Shown piece by piece: positions 25,306 to 38,845 of a DNA stretch of 64,000 bases; the first letter of the stretch is position 1; every line of letters begins with the position of its first letter. The DNA lies in assembly GCF_035084215.1 (NCBI RefSeq), contig NC_090330.1, forward strand, positions 58,776,001-58,840,000, given 5' to 3'. The notes beneath the pieces were generated by a model, which was not told the DNA's origin, did no database searches, and saw only the letters and a list, made by a program, of their open reading frames with translations. The stretch comes from Heptranchias perlo. Lineage: Eukaryota. The position numbers were made by a program, and so were the translations under genes.

Positions 25306-26107
25306 GGGGCACAAATCGCTCCTGAAATAACGGAGGAGCTCAACAGCGCTCTCAGCTTTTAGAGGCGAATTGAAGGAGCAAGTTCCGGCGTTTGCACATG
25401 CACAGTGAAACGCGGAAATCCGGAACTCGCTCCTAGTGGTTCACCGGTGAAATGACAGCTTCGAAATAAAGGGCCATCGCACGCTGCAGAGAAATCATTG
25501 AAAAAGCGCCAACTTGCTTATCTGCCCAGCTGGAATGTAACTAATTATGCCACCAAACAGGTACGCTTAAAAATACAAGCCTAAACTAAGTTTTAACAGC
25601 ACGGTGAGTCTTAATGACTGCCAAACAACTAAAAATTAACGTTTGAAAATGTGGATTCTCATATTACTGCTTATTTTAATAGTTTTTGGTCATTAAAAAA
25701 AAAATTAAATTAAAAATGTAACTTTTTTTTAACTTTTCCCTTCCGTCTCTTTTATTTAATTCAATTATTTCTTTGGCTTTTTATTTTAAAAAAAATTTTT
25801 TTTATTTACAATTACCTACAGAATATAACTTTCAATGAATAAAGTCTGCTTACCTGCTTGAGCAATGCAGCCTGAATCTGTGGGCGTGACTTCTCTTCCT
25901 GACAGATTTTATGGGCGTGTCTTCTCCTCTCACAGGCTTCTCCGGGCAACTCACACTGCTCAGAGGCTGGGTTGGTAGCATCCAATTTTTTTAAAGTTCA
26001 AAATCAAGCAATTCAACGCCACGGAGCCCGCAGAAAGTAATTTTGTTCATTTACTTCGCAGGAGTGGCGGTAACCGTTGCCTCGCCTCTCGGAGTGAATT
26101 CTGGCCC
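25306..26107. mobile_element. Harbinger-type non-autonomous element
   Basis: TIRs GGGGCACAAATCGCTCC and GGAGTGAATTCTGGCCC; flanks TAT and AAT; AT-rich core. Confidence 0.72.
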
Positions 26108-27086
26108 AATATGTTTTAGATAGATGGTATGGCTGAAATCAGCAGGAACTGCTTTTCCAATGAGTTTACTGCATTATTTTGCAGTGGGTTTGCCAGGCAG
26201 TGATAGCTTTACCTGCTGAATGTACTATCATCTCAATGAAGGTTGCACTGATGCAATGGGTTACTGCCCAACTGAATGGAAGAGGATAATTAGAATTACA
26301 TTTAAAAAAGCAATGTGGTAATAAATATGTTTTCTGTTTAAATGCTGGAGATTGCCTTCTGAGGCAAAGAGTTCACACAATATTTGGAAGTGTGAGATTT
26401 TCAAAAATCTTCCTATCAGCTTTATTGCTTTATTTTAGTGTTAAAATGTTTCAATGTATAGTGACTGAATGTTGTTAATGGAAAATGACTGCCGAGTTTT
26501 ATGATCAGCAAAAAAAATCACAGGAAAATTAGAGGCTTTATTCTAGTGTTAGAACAGAGACCATCTACTTTACATTGCTATCAAAGTCAGGATTGCTGCC
26601 ATAGATGGGTAGGGCAGCAGCAATGCTGAAACCCTCTTAAAGAGTTAGTCTGCACCCCCAGCACATCTGGAAGTAAAAGCAAAATAAACACTGGTGGCGC
26701 TGGCCATGGATTGTCTAATTGCTTAGCCTGCCAGTGCAGATCAGGATAGGTCAAAAAAATAAAGCCTTTAATCATGACATTTTTATAACTGTGCAAGCAT
26801 AATTGCTTGCCTGTGTGTCAGTTTCCCCCTCCCCACAACATTTTCTTTTGATACGATAGTTATCTGACACGCACAGAAACGCAATGCCATGTTTAAGAGT
26901 CTACAAACCAAACTACTGAGAAATCCACCCAGGCAGTGTTTTTATTTGGAGTGTGTGCTCTCTCCCTGTGCGAACATACTCTATTTACATAAGTCCAGAA
27001 AGTTTAGGTTGGAAAGAGTCGAGGTTTGGGGTGAGACCCCAGCTGTGCACGAAGGTAGTGCTAGCATTTACCTAGCTAATTCCTAA

Positions 27087-27247
27087 GGGGGTTCTCCCGA
27101 TCGTCCACCATAACTTCGGTGGAAGAGCCGCAGAAATCCTGGAAAAACATCTGAAAAGGTGCTCACACCACTTTTCCAGGGATTCTGTGGCTCTTCCACC
27201 AAAATGATGGTGGACAATTGTGAGAATCAGCATGGAAGTTCACCCCC
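27087..27247. mobile_element. Palindromic MITE
   Basis: Arms of about 55 bp (ttctcccgatcgtccacc...cctggaaaa and ttttccagg...ggtggacaattgtgagaa); right end TTCACCCCC. Confidence 0.7.
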
Positions 27248-28938
27248 TTGGTTTCCTACCGCCATCCTTGGCCAACTGCAAAGTTCATACTACGATTCAT
27301 TGTGTCCTTTTTGCCTTAAAATACTGTAAACTGGATGAGTGACTGCTGAATGCAGTTATCTCCTGAGCCATCACCTTTGTTGATTTTTTTAAATTAAACA
27401 GATTTTATTCAATAGTTGATGATCTTATTTGTTTAATACTAGTTTGTGTGACCACATATGGATATGTCTACTGACACCTAAAAGGTACTTTATTCCATTC
27501 GTTATAAAGGTCCATGTGTCAATTATGGAGAATGAAGTGTTATTCTGGAGGTAAAGCAGTCTGCATCTACTCATTATGCTGACTTTCAAAAAGGAAATAA
27601 ATGATGACCTTGTTTTGTTACAAGAATAATTACTTCCTCAAGTTAGGACATATTAGGTAATATGGCATGTTTTCTTGAACCAATAAAGTTTGGTTAAACA
27701 TGTATTCAGGATCTCTTCATTAGATGAAAAAAGGTTGAAGTGAGCATTATTTTTGTTTGTCTACGAGAATATTTTTAGGCCAATGTGGTTCTGCCTTAAA
27801 AAATGTTCTTGTTATTTCTCGCAAGCAAATCTTTTTTCCAATCTATTTACAACAGAATAACTGATCCATATGCAGACACGCAAGCTGGTGTTAAACAAAT
27901 AAGGTCATCAACCATTCAATAAGAAGTGTGTAATTTAAAAAAAACACCTTTCAGTGAATGATGTTAGAGAAAAGAAAGCAGTTCCCTTGGAGGCAGTCTT
28001 TAATAAGTCAAACATATCTACCTGATCACTTTATAACCCACTAGGGGGCAGGGGTTCCTACCTTTTTGTACAGTGCTTCTGGCTTCTCAACCACAACACC
28101 AATCTTTTTTTTATGATGATATTAAATTGCTCCACTTTATTCCCTGTTTCTCCTGATCTGTCCAGGCCACAGACTACGCAGGCAGCCTTCTTTCAGGCTT
28201 CCACCTATGCCTCTTTGAGTCACTTGACAGAATGTGTGCAACAGTGGTCCAGAAATGACTCACTTTGTAATTTCCTTCCCCCCACCTCTCCAAGTGAGGA
28301 ACTTCACTTGCACTCATAACACCTCCCCACAGTACCCTGGCTGAGATCAAGAAGCCAGCAGTATTAGCTTGAACTTGTATCATATTACGGCCATGGTGCC
28401 CTATCTTATCTTTTTCATGATCACCAAGATAAGGAATATCAGGATATCAATGCTGAGGAATGAAACTCCTTTCTACTTTTTGTACCTAGTGCTCAAAACA
28501 AGCAGTCCCAAGTCAGGTACAGTAAATATCTCTCTACTCTGCTCCAACAATGAAAAATAATCCCAGTCTTCAAAGAGTGACCCACTACTGAACCAGTTTA
28601 ACTTTTTCATTTCACACAGTGCGCCAACCTTGTGCCCTCCCAGAGTTCGATTGTCAAGCTTGCAGATTTTAGGGACAGCTTATATTTCAATTCTGAACTT
28701 TTCTTAGGTGAACCTATTTTCTAATAAGATCTTTTTTTACATCCCCCCTCCCCAAGCTGAGTGACTTGTAAACTGCATTAAGAGTTGTCGCTGAGGTGCA
28801 GTGGAATACAGGAAATAATTCACAAAAGCTGCCAAGAAAACATAATTCATGAGCTTGAGAGGTAGATGAATTCCCTAACATCATAATCTGAATCTCTCAA
28901 TTCCCAGCACTCCCAAACATCAATTCTATTGATACTAT

Positions 28939-29843
28939 GGCCTAGAAATTCGATGGTGCTGCACCCATTTTTCAGGCACAAAATGGGCGCCTAAGCATCC
29001 AATATGATGGGTGAAGTGTGTGGTCATTGCACTCTGGCGGTGCGTCGCCCGCTATATTGGTGAAGGCAGAAAATGAAGCGTCCAGGGCCCGCGCCTGAAG
29101 CGGGCATTAGGCACTTTGCATATGCAAAAAGGGGGCCTCATGCCTTTTTGAGGCCCCTATGCAAAATTGGGCTGCCCTGAACATAGCTTGTGCCAGGCCG
29201 ACTGTGTTCAGGACATTGTGATCCACATGTGGCCTAACCAATAGTCCATAAAGGGACCGCTGATGGCCACCAGCAAAATGATAAGTTTAAAAAAAAACTT
29301 ACCTGAATGTGTAGCCGAGAGGTACAGGAATGCTCATCCCGACTCCACTGCAATGCCGAAAACCCTGTTGGCGGCCCCAGCTTGGCCCCCTCCCTCCTTC
29401 CCGATTGCTTCACACTCTCTTTCGGTCGCCCCCCCCTTCCCTCACGATTGCCTCCCCCCTCTCCTGCTCGCCTCCTTCCCTCCCGATCATTTACCCCCTC
29501 TCCCGGTCACTCGCTCACTCTCGATCTCTTCCCCCTCTTTCCTGGTGGCCCCCTTCCTCCCGATTTATCCCCCTTCTTTCCTGGTCATGCCCCTCCCTCC
29601 TGATCACTTCGCCCCCCCCCCCTCCTCCCAGGACCAAACTGAATGTCGCTGCCAGTGACTCAGCAGCCCGAAATTGAAATGCTCTTTGTCGGTGAGCTGC
29701 CTGGGGATGGCCAACAGGCATTTGCAGCTCGCCGGCCCGAGGCTCAATATTGGGTGTGCTTTGGGCCTAATCATTCCAGCACAGGGATCATTCCCTGTGC
29801 CTAGTTCGTGACGGCATGGTGGCATGAGCCAATTGCTACGCCC
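28939..29843. mobile_element. Harbinger-type non-autonomous element with a C-rich core
   Basis: Left GGCCTAGAAATT (cf. the 25259 TIR), right AATTGCTACGCCC; CpG-rich ends. Confidence 0.68.
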
Positions 29844-30039
29844 ACATGTTTTACGATATTATGAAATTTTCAATCCGTAATTACGAACTTTGCCGATAAT
29901 TCCACAAGGCACATGGAACAACATCAGAATTTCTTGTGGGTTATAAAATAGGCACCATGTTGAAATAAGGATGTCCAAGTTTGAGAATCCTTGCATTTCA
30001 CTTGAGTTTACATTGCTGCCTTCATGCTCAATAAAGTAC

Positions 30040-31025
30040 TCAGCTTTGCGTTGAATTAGCAAATCTCAGGTGGTATAGCATTAGGATTTGCTATAATAAG
30101 TGCTAGCATCACTGAGCTAGGGAAGAGAAAACCAACCTGGTTTCTCAATCCTCATTGCTGGCCACTGATTGCTGTTGGAAAGTTAATGTGTGGATCTAGT
30201 GTAGGTGGAGGGGGGGGTGGAGTGGGGATGGGTGGGGGGAGGAGAATTACCCGGCTCATTATGTGTCACTACATTGTAAATGCATTCAAAAAGGCATGTT
30301 TACCACATCACTACACAACAACTTGTATTTATTTAGTGCCTTTAATGTAGTAAAATGTCCCAAGGCACTTCACAGGAGCGTAATCAGACAAAAAATTGAC
30401 ACCGAGCCTAAGAAGGAGATATTAGGACAGGTGACCAAAAGCTTGATCAAAGAGGTAGGTTTTAAGGAGTGTCTTAAAGGAGGAGACAGAGGTGGAAAGG
30501 TAGAGAGATTTAGGGACAGAATTCCAGAGCTTGGGGCCTAGAAGGCTGAAGGCACGGCCGCCAATGGTGGGGCAAGGAAGTGGGGGAGGCACAAGAGGCC
30601 AGAGTTGGAGGAATGCAGAGTTCTCAGAGAATTGTGGGGGCTGGAGGAGGTTACAGAGATAGGGAGGAGCAAGGCCATGGAGGGATTTGAACACAAGGAT
30701 GAGAATTTTAAAATGGAGGTGGTGCTGGACCGGGAGCCAATGTAGATCAGCGAGCACAGGGGTGGTGGGTGAATAGGATTTGGTATGAATTAGGATACAC
30801 AGCGTATACATCAGTATACACATAGCAACTAGATCAATTCTTCCCACAGTATGAAATCAGAACTAGGCTCAGTTGTGCTATCCACAATAACCTGTCAAAA
30901 CTCAATGTCTGAGCTCTCACATGACAACTTGGACAAGGTACCAGAGGGCAGCCAGCATCTGTGGAACTGCGTACCAACATGAATAAGTACCTTTGGAAGA
31001 TAGAAAACTGAGGGGTGGAGATAAA
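30040..31025. mobile_element. AmnSINE2-like SINE (+) split by an L2 3' fragment (-, 30315-30800)
   Basis: SINE motifs at 30040-30200 and 30850-31025; L2 minus ORF TPVLADLHWLPVQHHLHFKIL...RAFSLLGPKLWNS. Confidence 0.75.
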
Positions 31026-32879
31026 GGTAAAGTGCTGAGCTAGGTAATCAACTCATGAAATTGCAGCTTGTGCAGACTTTTTTTTAAAAAGAACATTGCC
31101 AGGAATTTGATTGGAGCTTTTCCCACTGCGCTGTTGTAACTTTGGCAGACAAGTTTGCACGTGTAAACTTCTGCCAAAGTATGTTGTCTTCTTCCGTATC
31201 TGTTCCCAGTTCCTGCAGATTCTGTACTCAGATTTGAGCTTGGTTGCCACCCCCTGTCTGGCATGATGCACTACTGTCTTGTGGGGAGGGTGCCCTGTAG
31301 TGACAAACAAGACAAACCTTCTTGCTTCAAACTCATGGCAGCACATCCACTTCACCAGACACCAAATAGGGCAAAGGGGCTGAGTCACTCTGCCATTTGC
31401 CCACAGACTTTGTTTTATGCCTCAACTTTGGGTTCGCCTTCCTTTGCTTTTACCTGGTATTTCCATTGATTTTCATTGATTTCAATATAACGAAAATCAG
31501 GCGGGTCCTATAAAGGGCGGGTGATCTGCCCTGCTAGATTACTGCCCAGGCGATGAAGATGAAAATCTATCCCCATGAGCAAGGGCAGACTAACAATTAT
31601 GGGAAATTGGAAGATACCCCAAGAGCCCGCGTGAATGGTTCCATTGTACTATAATACTGGCAACCCCCCTTTCTACTTGACAATCCCGAAGAATCCTGCG
31701 CCCTTTCATGGGAGCCGGACCGCCCCTGCCCATGGGTTTAAAAATAATTTAAAACTTTAAAAATACAAAGAAAGCACAGTTTCGAGAAAAATACTTTAAA
31801 AATGAAATTACCGTACAACCATACTTTTACAACAATTACTTTATTGTCATGAAAAGATTTCATAGAATGACACTTTTGGTAGGATAGAGCTAAATATCAG
31901 TGTGATTATGTCATGTAACCACACTGCTTCTGCCGTTTCCTGTGTTTTGTACATCAGCAGCCTGCAACACAGTCAAATTCACATTCAGATAAGTTTAACA
32001 TTAGTTCTACAGTCATATCTAAGAGGGTTTCCACATAGGAGTAATTTGAAAAACACTGGGGGGACTTTCAGGTTGGGTGCCGAAAGGGCACGATATCGGC
32101 AATGCGCCCATGACGCTTGCCCAGCACGGCAATCAGGAAAGTCAATGTTACTCGTCTGTATAAATCCTGGTTTTAAACAAACAAGAGCTAAATCTTGCAC
32201 TATATGTTTCTCCAAACTTATTTTAAAAGCAGCAGGTAATATTGGACGCATGATTTAGTACTTTGATACTTCAATTTTCAAAACACTGCAATTTTGTTGT
32301 TACTAGAGCTTATAAGAATTGGGGTACTGTTGTACACAGTCAACAGAGCACCATCAAAACAGAAGACAAAATGGAGAGAACATAAAACACAATCATACAT
32401 TCAAGACAAGAGCAAGAAACATGAGAAGCACACAACATAAACACACGTAAAAGTAGCAGTCTAAGAAAAGCATGGACAAAGATAAATAAAATAAGGAATC
32501 TGAAAACAATAGGAAAAAGGGAAAGATGAAATATAGAGATGAGACACTAAAGAGGTTTACAGTTTTGTGTGGCATGATTACAAAAAGTTAATATACTATT
32601 GTTGTTAAGATCTAGAAGATACTGCCATCCATCTGTTTAGGTAATGCATAAAATTAATTCCTCATAGGTACTAATGTCCAGAGGAAAATCCAGTAATGTT
32701 ATTCTACCTGGAACCCTACAGAAAGGTTCTCCCCTCATTTGTATCTAAAGATCTATCCTGACAAGCACTGAGACCATATGGAATCCCCCTACATATTACT
32801 GTAGATAAAACTCTTTCTTGACTGGTACTAGGACGCTTTGAAAGCCTCTGTGTTGCAGTAAGTGAAGCCTTGTAGCACC

Positions 32880-33700
32880 AGGATCCTCTCTGGGTTGCAG
32901 TCGGTAAAGCTCGGCCAATGACTGGCACTAGGACCCAGTGGGCTGCGCGCTCTGATGCAGTAGGTAAAGCGCTGACATTCCTCTCATTCCGATCTGAATG
33001 GGGCTGATTGTTGTGTCTTGGCGCTGGGTCGCTCCTCTCCGGCTAAAGCCATTTTCCCTGCATTAGCCCTTGTGTCAATCTGGTCTGTTCCCCCTTTCTA
33101 TCTTTGCTCGGAATTTGGAAAAAAAAATTGGAAGTTAGACGGATTGGTTACAAATCGCTATTTCCTGCAAACACTGAGAAACTTTTGTTTTTGGAGGAGG
33201 CAACTGAAGATAACAGGAGCAACAACTTAAAAAAAAAACAAATATCTGCAGACTGGACAAGTTTGAGGAACGTCGCGAAAGTTTGGAGACTTGCACGGAT
33301 TGCTGGTACCGCGGTTCTCTTCGCTAATTGATGCTATTACGGGAATGGGGAGGGGGAGAGAGTTGTGCTCGGTTAGAAATCGGAAACGTGATGTTAGGAC
33401 GTTGGGATTGTGAGTGGATACACGGGGGTGGGTTTGTTTGTGTTTTCTACTCTGGCGGCCGATGAATGAGAAGCGCAGAGGTGTCACCTGCCAGCTCACC
33501 GACATGTTTACTGTTAGCTTTTCATTTGAAGGCAGAAACTCCCATCAGTCTGGTCATGATTTTCATTTCTGTCTTAATATACGCGAATGAAGCAGCTCAC
33601 TGGGGAAAGTAAATCATTACAAGAACGAAAATAAACGTCCAAAGTGAACCGCTTTCGATTGTAGCCGGTTGTTTCATGAACACTTTCTGTAATGTAGAAT
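32880..33700 (+). promoter_or_regulatory. CpG-enriched putative promoter / alternative first exon of AMOTL1
   Basis: Local CpG enrichment in non-repetitive DNA (gctgcgcgct, cgtcgcga, accgcgg, ggcggccg), CCAAT near 32915, tandem CATTCC motifs, possible donor ATT|gtgagt at 33410. Confidence 0.55.
32975..32990 (+). promoter_or_regulatory. Tandem TEAD (MCAT) site with 3-nt spacer
   Basis: aCATTCC-tct-CATTCC (32976-32981 and 32985-32990), the cooperative double-TEAD geometry. Confidence 0.6.
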
Positions 33701-34419
33701 TCACTTATACACTGACAGACTACACAGTAGGCCCACACTTAAAAATTTTTTTAGTTTACGGTACAATTTTATTTTATAGCTGCGTCAGAATTGTAAATCG
33801 AGGTTTTGACAGTTGTTTAATTTTCTGGAACTCAGAAGGAGTTTAGACCTTGTACCAGGCTGTGTGAGTGTCTCTGACCACTCACCGTGCCTGAACTCCA
33901 TGCTTTCCCCCCACTTTTATTTCTCTGTATAATATCTAGATGGCATTGAATGTTTGCTTGGTAAACAGTCAGTGGTCTAAAACACGTTTACGTGTCCACG
34001 TTTATTTTTGTAGCTGATGTTCATTTTTTACATTGTGTTCAACCAAACACAAAATATTTTTAAAAACATAATAATTCTCATCTGTGACAAGCCTGTTCAC
34101 AAGAAATACGGGGCAGTAGCAGACCCGAAATGAATCAGCTAGTCCCACCCACCGTCCGTTACGATTTTCGGGAGGACATGAATCGCGACGGCCAGAAACT
34201 GGCGGGAGCCTCATGAATACATGCAAACAGTGGGCCATTTTCCACGGTGACTTCTTAACTACCGCTACTTCTTAAGCCTCCCACCATCCGCTGTGGCCAC
34301 TATTTCTAGCAATATTAAAGGGATCCTCAGCTGCTGGGAAGGTAAAGCTTCATGGAGCTCTTGCAGACATTTTATTCATTACATTCCCCTCCCTGGCCAC
34401 TGTTTGAAGCTGAACCAGA

Positions 34420-35157
34420 CTGACCCTAAGTTGAGCTTCTGACTCTATACCCTCTTCATCACAAAGACCGCCTACTTCTACCTCCATAACATTGCCCATA
34501 TCTTCTCTTGTCTAAGCCCATCAGCTGCTGAAACCCACATCCTTGCTTTTGTTATCTCCAGACTCAATTATTCCAATGCTCTTCTGGCCGGCCTCATGAA
34601 CTTGAGCTCATCCAAAACTCTGCTGCCCATATCCTAACTGGCACCAAGATCAGTTCTTGCATCACCCCTTTGCTCGCTAACCTTCATTGTTTCTCAGTCC
34701 ATCAATGCCTTGATTTTAACATTCTCATTCTTGTGTTCAAATCCCTCCATGGCCTCGCCCCTCTCTACAGGGCATCGGTGAGACCTCACCTGGAGTACTG
34801 CGTACTGTTTTGGTCTCCTTATCTAAGGAAGGATATACTTGCCTTAGAGGCAGTGCAACGAGGATTCACTAGATTAATTCCTGGGATGAGAGGGTTGTCC
34901 TGCAAAGAGAGGGTCAGTAGAATAGGCCTATACTCTCTGGAGTTTAGAAGAATGAGAGGTGATCTCATTGAAACATATAAGATTATGAGGGGGCTTGACA
35001 GGGTAGATGCTGAGAGATTGCTTCCCCTGGCTAGAGAGTCTAGAACTAGGGGAATAATCGCAGGATACGGGGGCGGCCATTCAAGACTGAGATGAGGAGG
35101 AATTTCTTCACTCGTGGTTGTGAATCTTTGGAATCCTCTACCCCAGGGGGCTGTGGA
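34420..35157 (+). mobile_element. L2 fragment (34420-34765) fused to a CR1 fragment (34766-35157)
   Basis: ORF 34670-35095 switches from L2 ILVFKSLHGLAPLY to CR1 VRPHLEYCVLFWSP. Confidence 0.8.
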
Positions 35158-36389
35158 TTGTATTGCCTCCAGTTTTTCCTCTTTAATTTCTAAGTGTCTC
35201 ACCATACTCCATTTGAGATCAGGAGCTCACAGTTTGGGAGTCATAGAAATCAACTTATCTCATACCCCTCTGTGGTGCACTGCATTAATTAATTTATGTG
35301 CTGCACCAACATGATGCCCGATTTAATTATTTTTTGGTGGTTTTACTGTCCATTTGTCTCATTTACTATCAGTGATCTCCATGGGTGCATGTGAATCACA
35401 GACTTCTCTATGACCTCTGTCAGCGTTGATGCATAATTAACAGGTAATACTGGCCCTTTACAAAACAATAGTGTGTGGCACAATGAAAAATTGATAGGTT
35501 TATGTTGGTTAATATCACATATCTCTTTGAAAAGTCATATTTTGATCTCTGACCTGTATGGTGCTACAGGAGGCCACCCAGTAAGATCCCACTATGTGGA
35601 TTCCAACTGCATCCTCGCCGAATGATTTGGTAGTACCAGGTTTCCCAGTAATCCTACAGTATTGAATGGCATTACTGTAGTTCTCTGTAGTAACAGAGGA
35701 AGCATGGTGAAAGCAGTGTCACCTGTTCTCAGTTTTGATGTTATCTCCAAACCTGAACGATTAACCTCCTCAGGATAGTGTTATATGTCAATAGAATTCA
35801 GGAATCTTTAGGAAAAGAATATTTTGCCCAACTAGCCCATCATTTTTTGATTGATTTCAATTCTACCTACCTGTCTTTTCACCATATCCTTCAATCTCTT
35901 CTCTTTATAAGTGAATTTAGTTGCTGTCTCAATTTATTTATACTGACCTTTTTTCTCAGAAAAAGAAACTCGTGTTAAAAAAAACTTAACTGACTTTGCT
36001 TCTTACTCCTAACTTTCTCATGTTAACTCGTTTCCATGATATTTGAAGTCTTCAGTATTCTAAACAATTTATCTAGATCTGCTTTGTCAATTCATAATGA
36101 TGAAACATTCAATTAGTGGGAGAATATGCAAAATTCATTCAAACTATCCTGCCAGTTAGTACTATCCTGTGTTCATGAAAATCCAAATCAGCACTCTTTA
36201 CAGAGGTTAACTGTGCATAAATGACAATGGCTATTTTTATAGAGATTACATCTAACTCTAATGGATCAGTTAAAAATGTGGCCAAAGAATTGTGCCTATA
36301 AAGAAGCATCCCCAGTCTAAACTGTTGCTATAAACTAATGGCGTTTATTATTATAATGCATTGGGAATGAATCTGTACCTAAGCAACTG

Positions 36390-36720
36390 CTAAGAACATA
36401 CACATTTACAGGACTGGAAGAGACTTATGCGTTCCATCTGGCCAGTCCCAAAGTTTTAAGAATACTGTACACTATCTTTCATATCCTTCAGTCACTTTCT
36501 TTGCCAAAAATCTATCTAGTTGCCTCTTGAATTTGCTGACACAATTTGCCTTCACTGCTTCCTGGGGCAATCTGTTCCATTTATTCACCACTCTCCTTGT
36601 GAATTAGTTAAATCTAGATTATCTATTCGTCTTCCCCGTTCTGAGTTTGAGTTCATGCTCCCTAGTTGTAGAGTTTGTGATTATGTCAATCAAGTTATTA
36701 GGATTCCCGTTAACCAAATG
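36390..36720 (-). mobile_element. Old CR1 3' end
   Basis: taagaacata tail; minus ORF TTREHELKL (cf. TRGHNLKI). Confidence 0.5.
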
Positions 36721-37163
36721 TTTGCAGTAACTGGATACACACTGGCTGCCATGAACTGGAGTGACAGACAGGCTAGTGGTATGAGAGTATTGTATGTATT
36801 GGTAATAAACTTTTATTGGTAAACGCATCACTGCAGCAGTTCCAAGCTCCATCCACCACAACATTTATCAATGTTAAATTCATAATTGATTGAACCAATA
36901 TGAAATATGTACCAGTGGCCACTGAATCAAATGCATACCGAAAGAGAATGCTGAATTTGGAATGGTTTAACGGCTGGATGCTAAAATATTGATTGCTAAT
37001 TACTGAATAGCATTGGGTATGTTTGGGTACAGCATGAGTCCTTTAATGTCCCATGATAGCCAAGCATTCTCGTTAGCCACCATTTCCTGTTTAAGCAAAC
37101 CTTTTTGAATGGATAGAGTACTAATCAAGTGGGGGAACAAAAGTTTCCATAGTAGAGACTTCT

Positions 37164-37852
37164 ACAACAACAACTTGCATTTATATTGCGCCTTTAGCGT
37201 AGTAAAACGTCCCAAGGTACTTCACAGGAGCGTAATCAGACAAAATTTGATACCGAGCCACATAAGGAGATGTTAGGACAAGTGACCAAAAGCTTGATCA
37301 AATAGGTAGGTTTTAAGGAGCGTCTTAAAGGAGGAGAGAGAGGTGGAGAGGCTTAGGGAAGGAATTCCACGCTTGGGGCCTAGACAGCTGAAGGCACCGC
37401 CGCCAGTGGTGGGGTGAAGGAAATCTGGGATGTTCAAGAGGCCATAATTGGAGGAACACAGAGAACTCAGAGGGATGTATAGCTGGAGGAGGTTACAGAG
37501 ATAGAGAGGGGCAAGGCTGTTGAGGGATTTGAGCACGAGGATGAGAATTTAAATTTGAGTTATTGCTAGACTGGGAGCAAATGTGGGTCAGTGAGCACAG
37601 GGGTGATGGGTGAACGGGACTGGTGCGAGTTAGGATATGGGCAGCAGAGTTTTGGATGAGCTCAAGTTTATGGAAGGTGGGAGGCTGGCCAGGAGAGCAT
37701 TGAAATAGTCGAGTCTGGAGGTAACAAAGGCATGGATGGGGGTTTCAACAGCAGATCAGCTGAGGCAGGGGCGGAGACGGGCGATATTACAGAGGTGGAA
37801 CTAGGCGGTCTTGATGATGGAGAGGATATAGGGTTGGAAGCTCAGCTCAACA
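37164..37852 (-). mobile_element. L2 LINE 3' fragment
   Basis: acaacaacaacttgcatttatat tail; minus ORF GGGAFSCLGP...SFKTLLKTYLF. Confidence 0.85.
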
Positions 37853-38845
37853 ATGAGTGTCACCATAGGGATAGTCACTGCTTTCAAAGATCGATTGAGG
37901 TATGGTCTGAATTTAGTTCCATGATCTTCAAGGTGGTTGAAGAGCTGACTCTCCTACTTACGTACCCACACCACTATTAACCAGTAAGCCCTATTACTAG
38001 TATTACTTTCATTAAGCGCTACATGATGCAGATAGTAACATTCAATTAGTTACCAGATGTAACAGCTACAGTGCAAGCCCTTTTTCTGATTGGGATTTTT
38101 AGCTGTGAACGCAGAGCTGGAAGGATGCAAGCAAAACTTTTAAATAAATGAGTTTAAAAGTAGCAATGTATTTTTTCGCAACACTTAACAGAATAGTTAA
38201 AGTTTATCTTTGTAAATATCTGTTTTTGTCCACTTTAATGAGCTAAATTATTCAATTGAGTATGTTCAGGAATAATGAGAAATATCTATACAGTAGGAAA
38301 TAGGGTGAATTAAGAGTCAAATTAGGTACCCAAAAGAGAAATAAAGAGAGGGAAAGAAAGATTGGATTAAGAGTGAGAGAAAGAAAAAACAGGGATAAAT
38401 GGATAGGAGTGAGTTTCAAGATACTTGCGCCATTGGGTTTAATTTATGTCTTGTAAAATGCATTTGGTTCATAAATGTCAATTGAACTCCAAAATTGCAT
38501 TACTAATCCATTTCTGCACATCTGCATTTTTAGTTTAAATATTTGCATTTATGTGCAAGAGATTGAACTATTCAGTGAATTATTTCAAAGTGTGGATTTG
38601 GGTCCAGGCCTTTGTTTTGTATTATTAGTGACTGAGAGGCAGAGCTGTATGATGTAAATAAATGCAAGGTATCATGGTAGACAGTTATTAAGATTTTCTT
38701 TTCTGTGAGGCACACTTACTGCTTTATAAAACTAAGTAAAATGCAGTACTTTGTTGGGTAAAAATGCTGTGGACACATATTAGATGTTTGATTTATATGT
38801 AGGACAGTGAAATATGTACTGTTCTTTAATGTTTGCTTTCATAAT

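Noticed and set aside
28166-28293. Exon-like open segment with two AP-1 motifs
   Set aside because: Wrong phase for the AMOTL1 exon chain, and the surroundings look like a decayed SINE.
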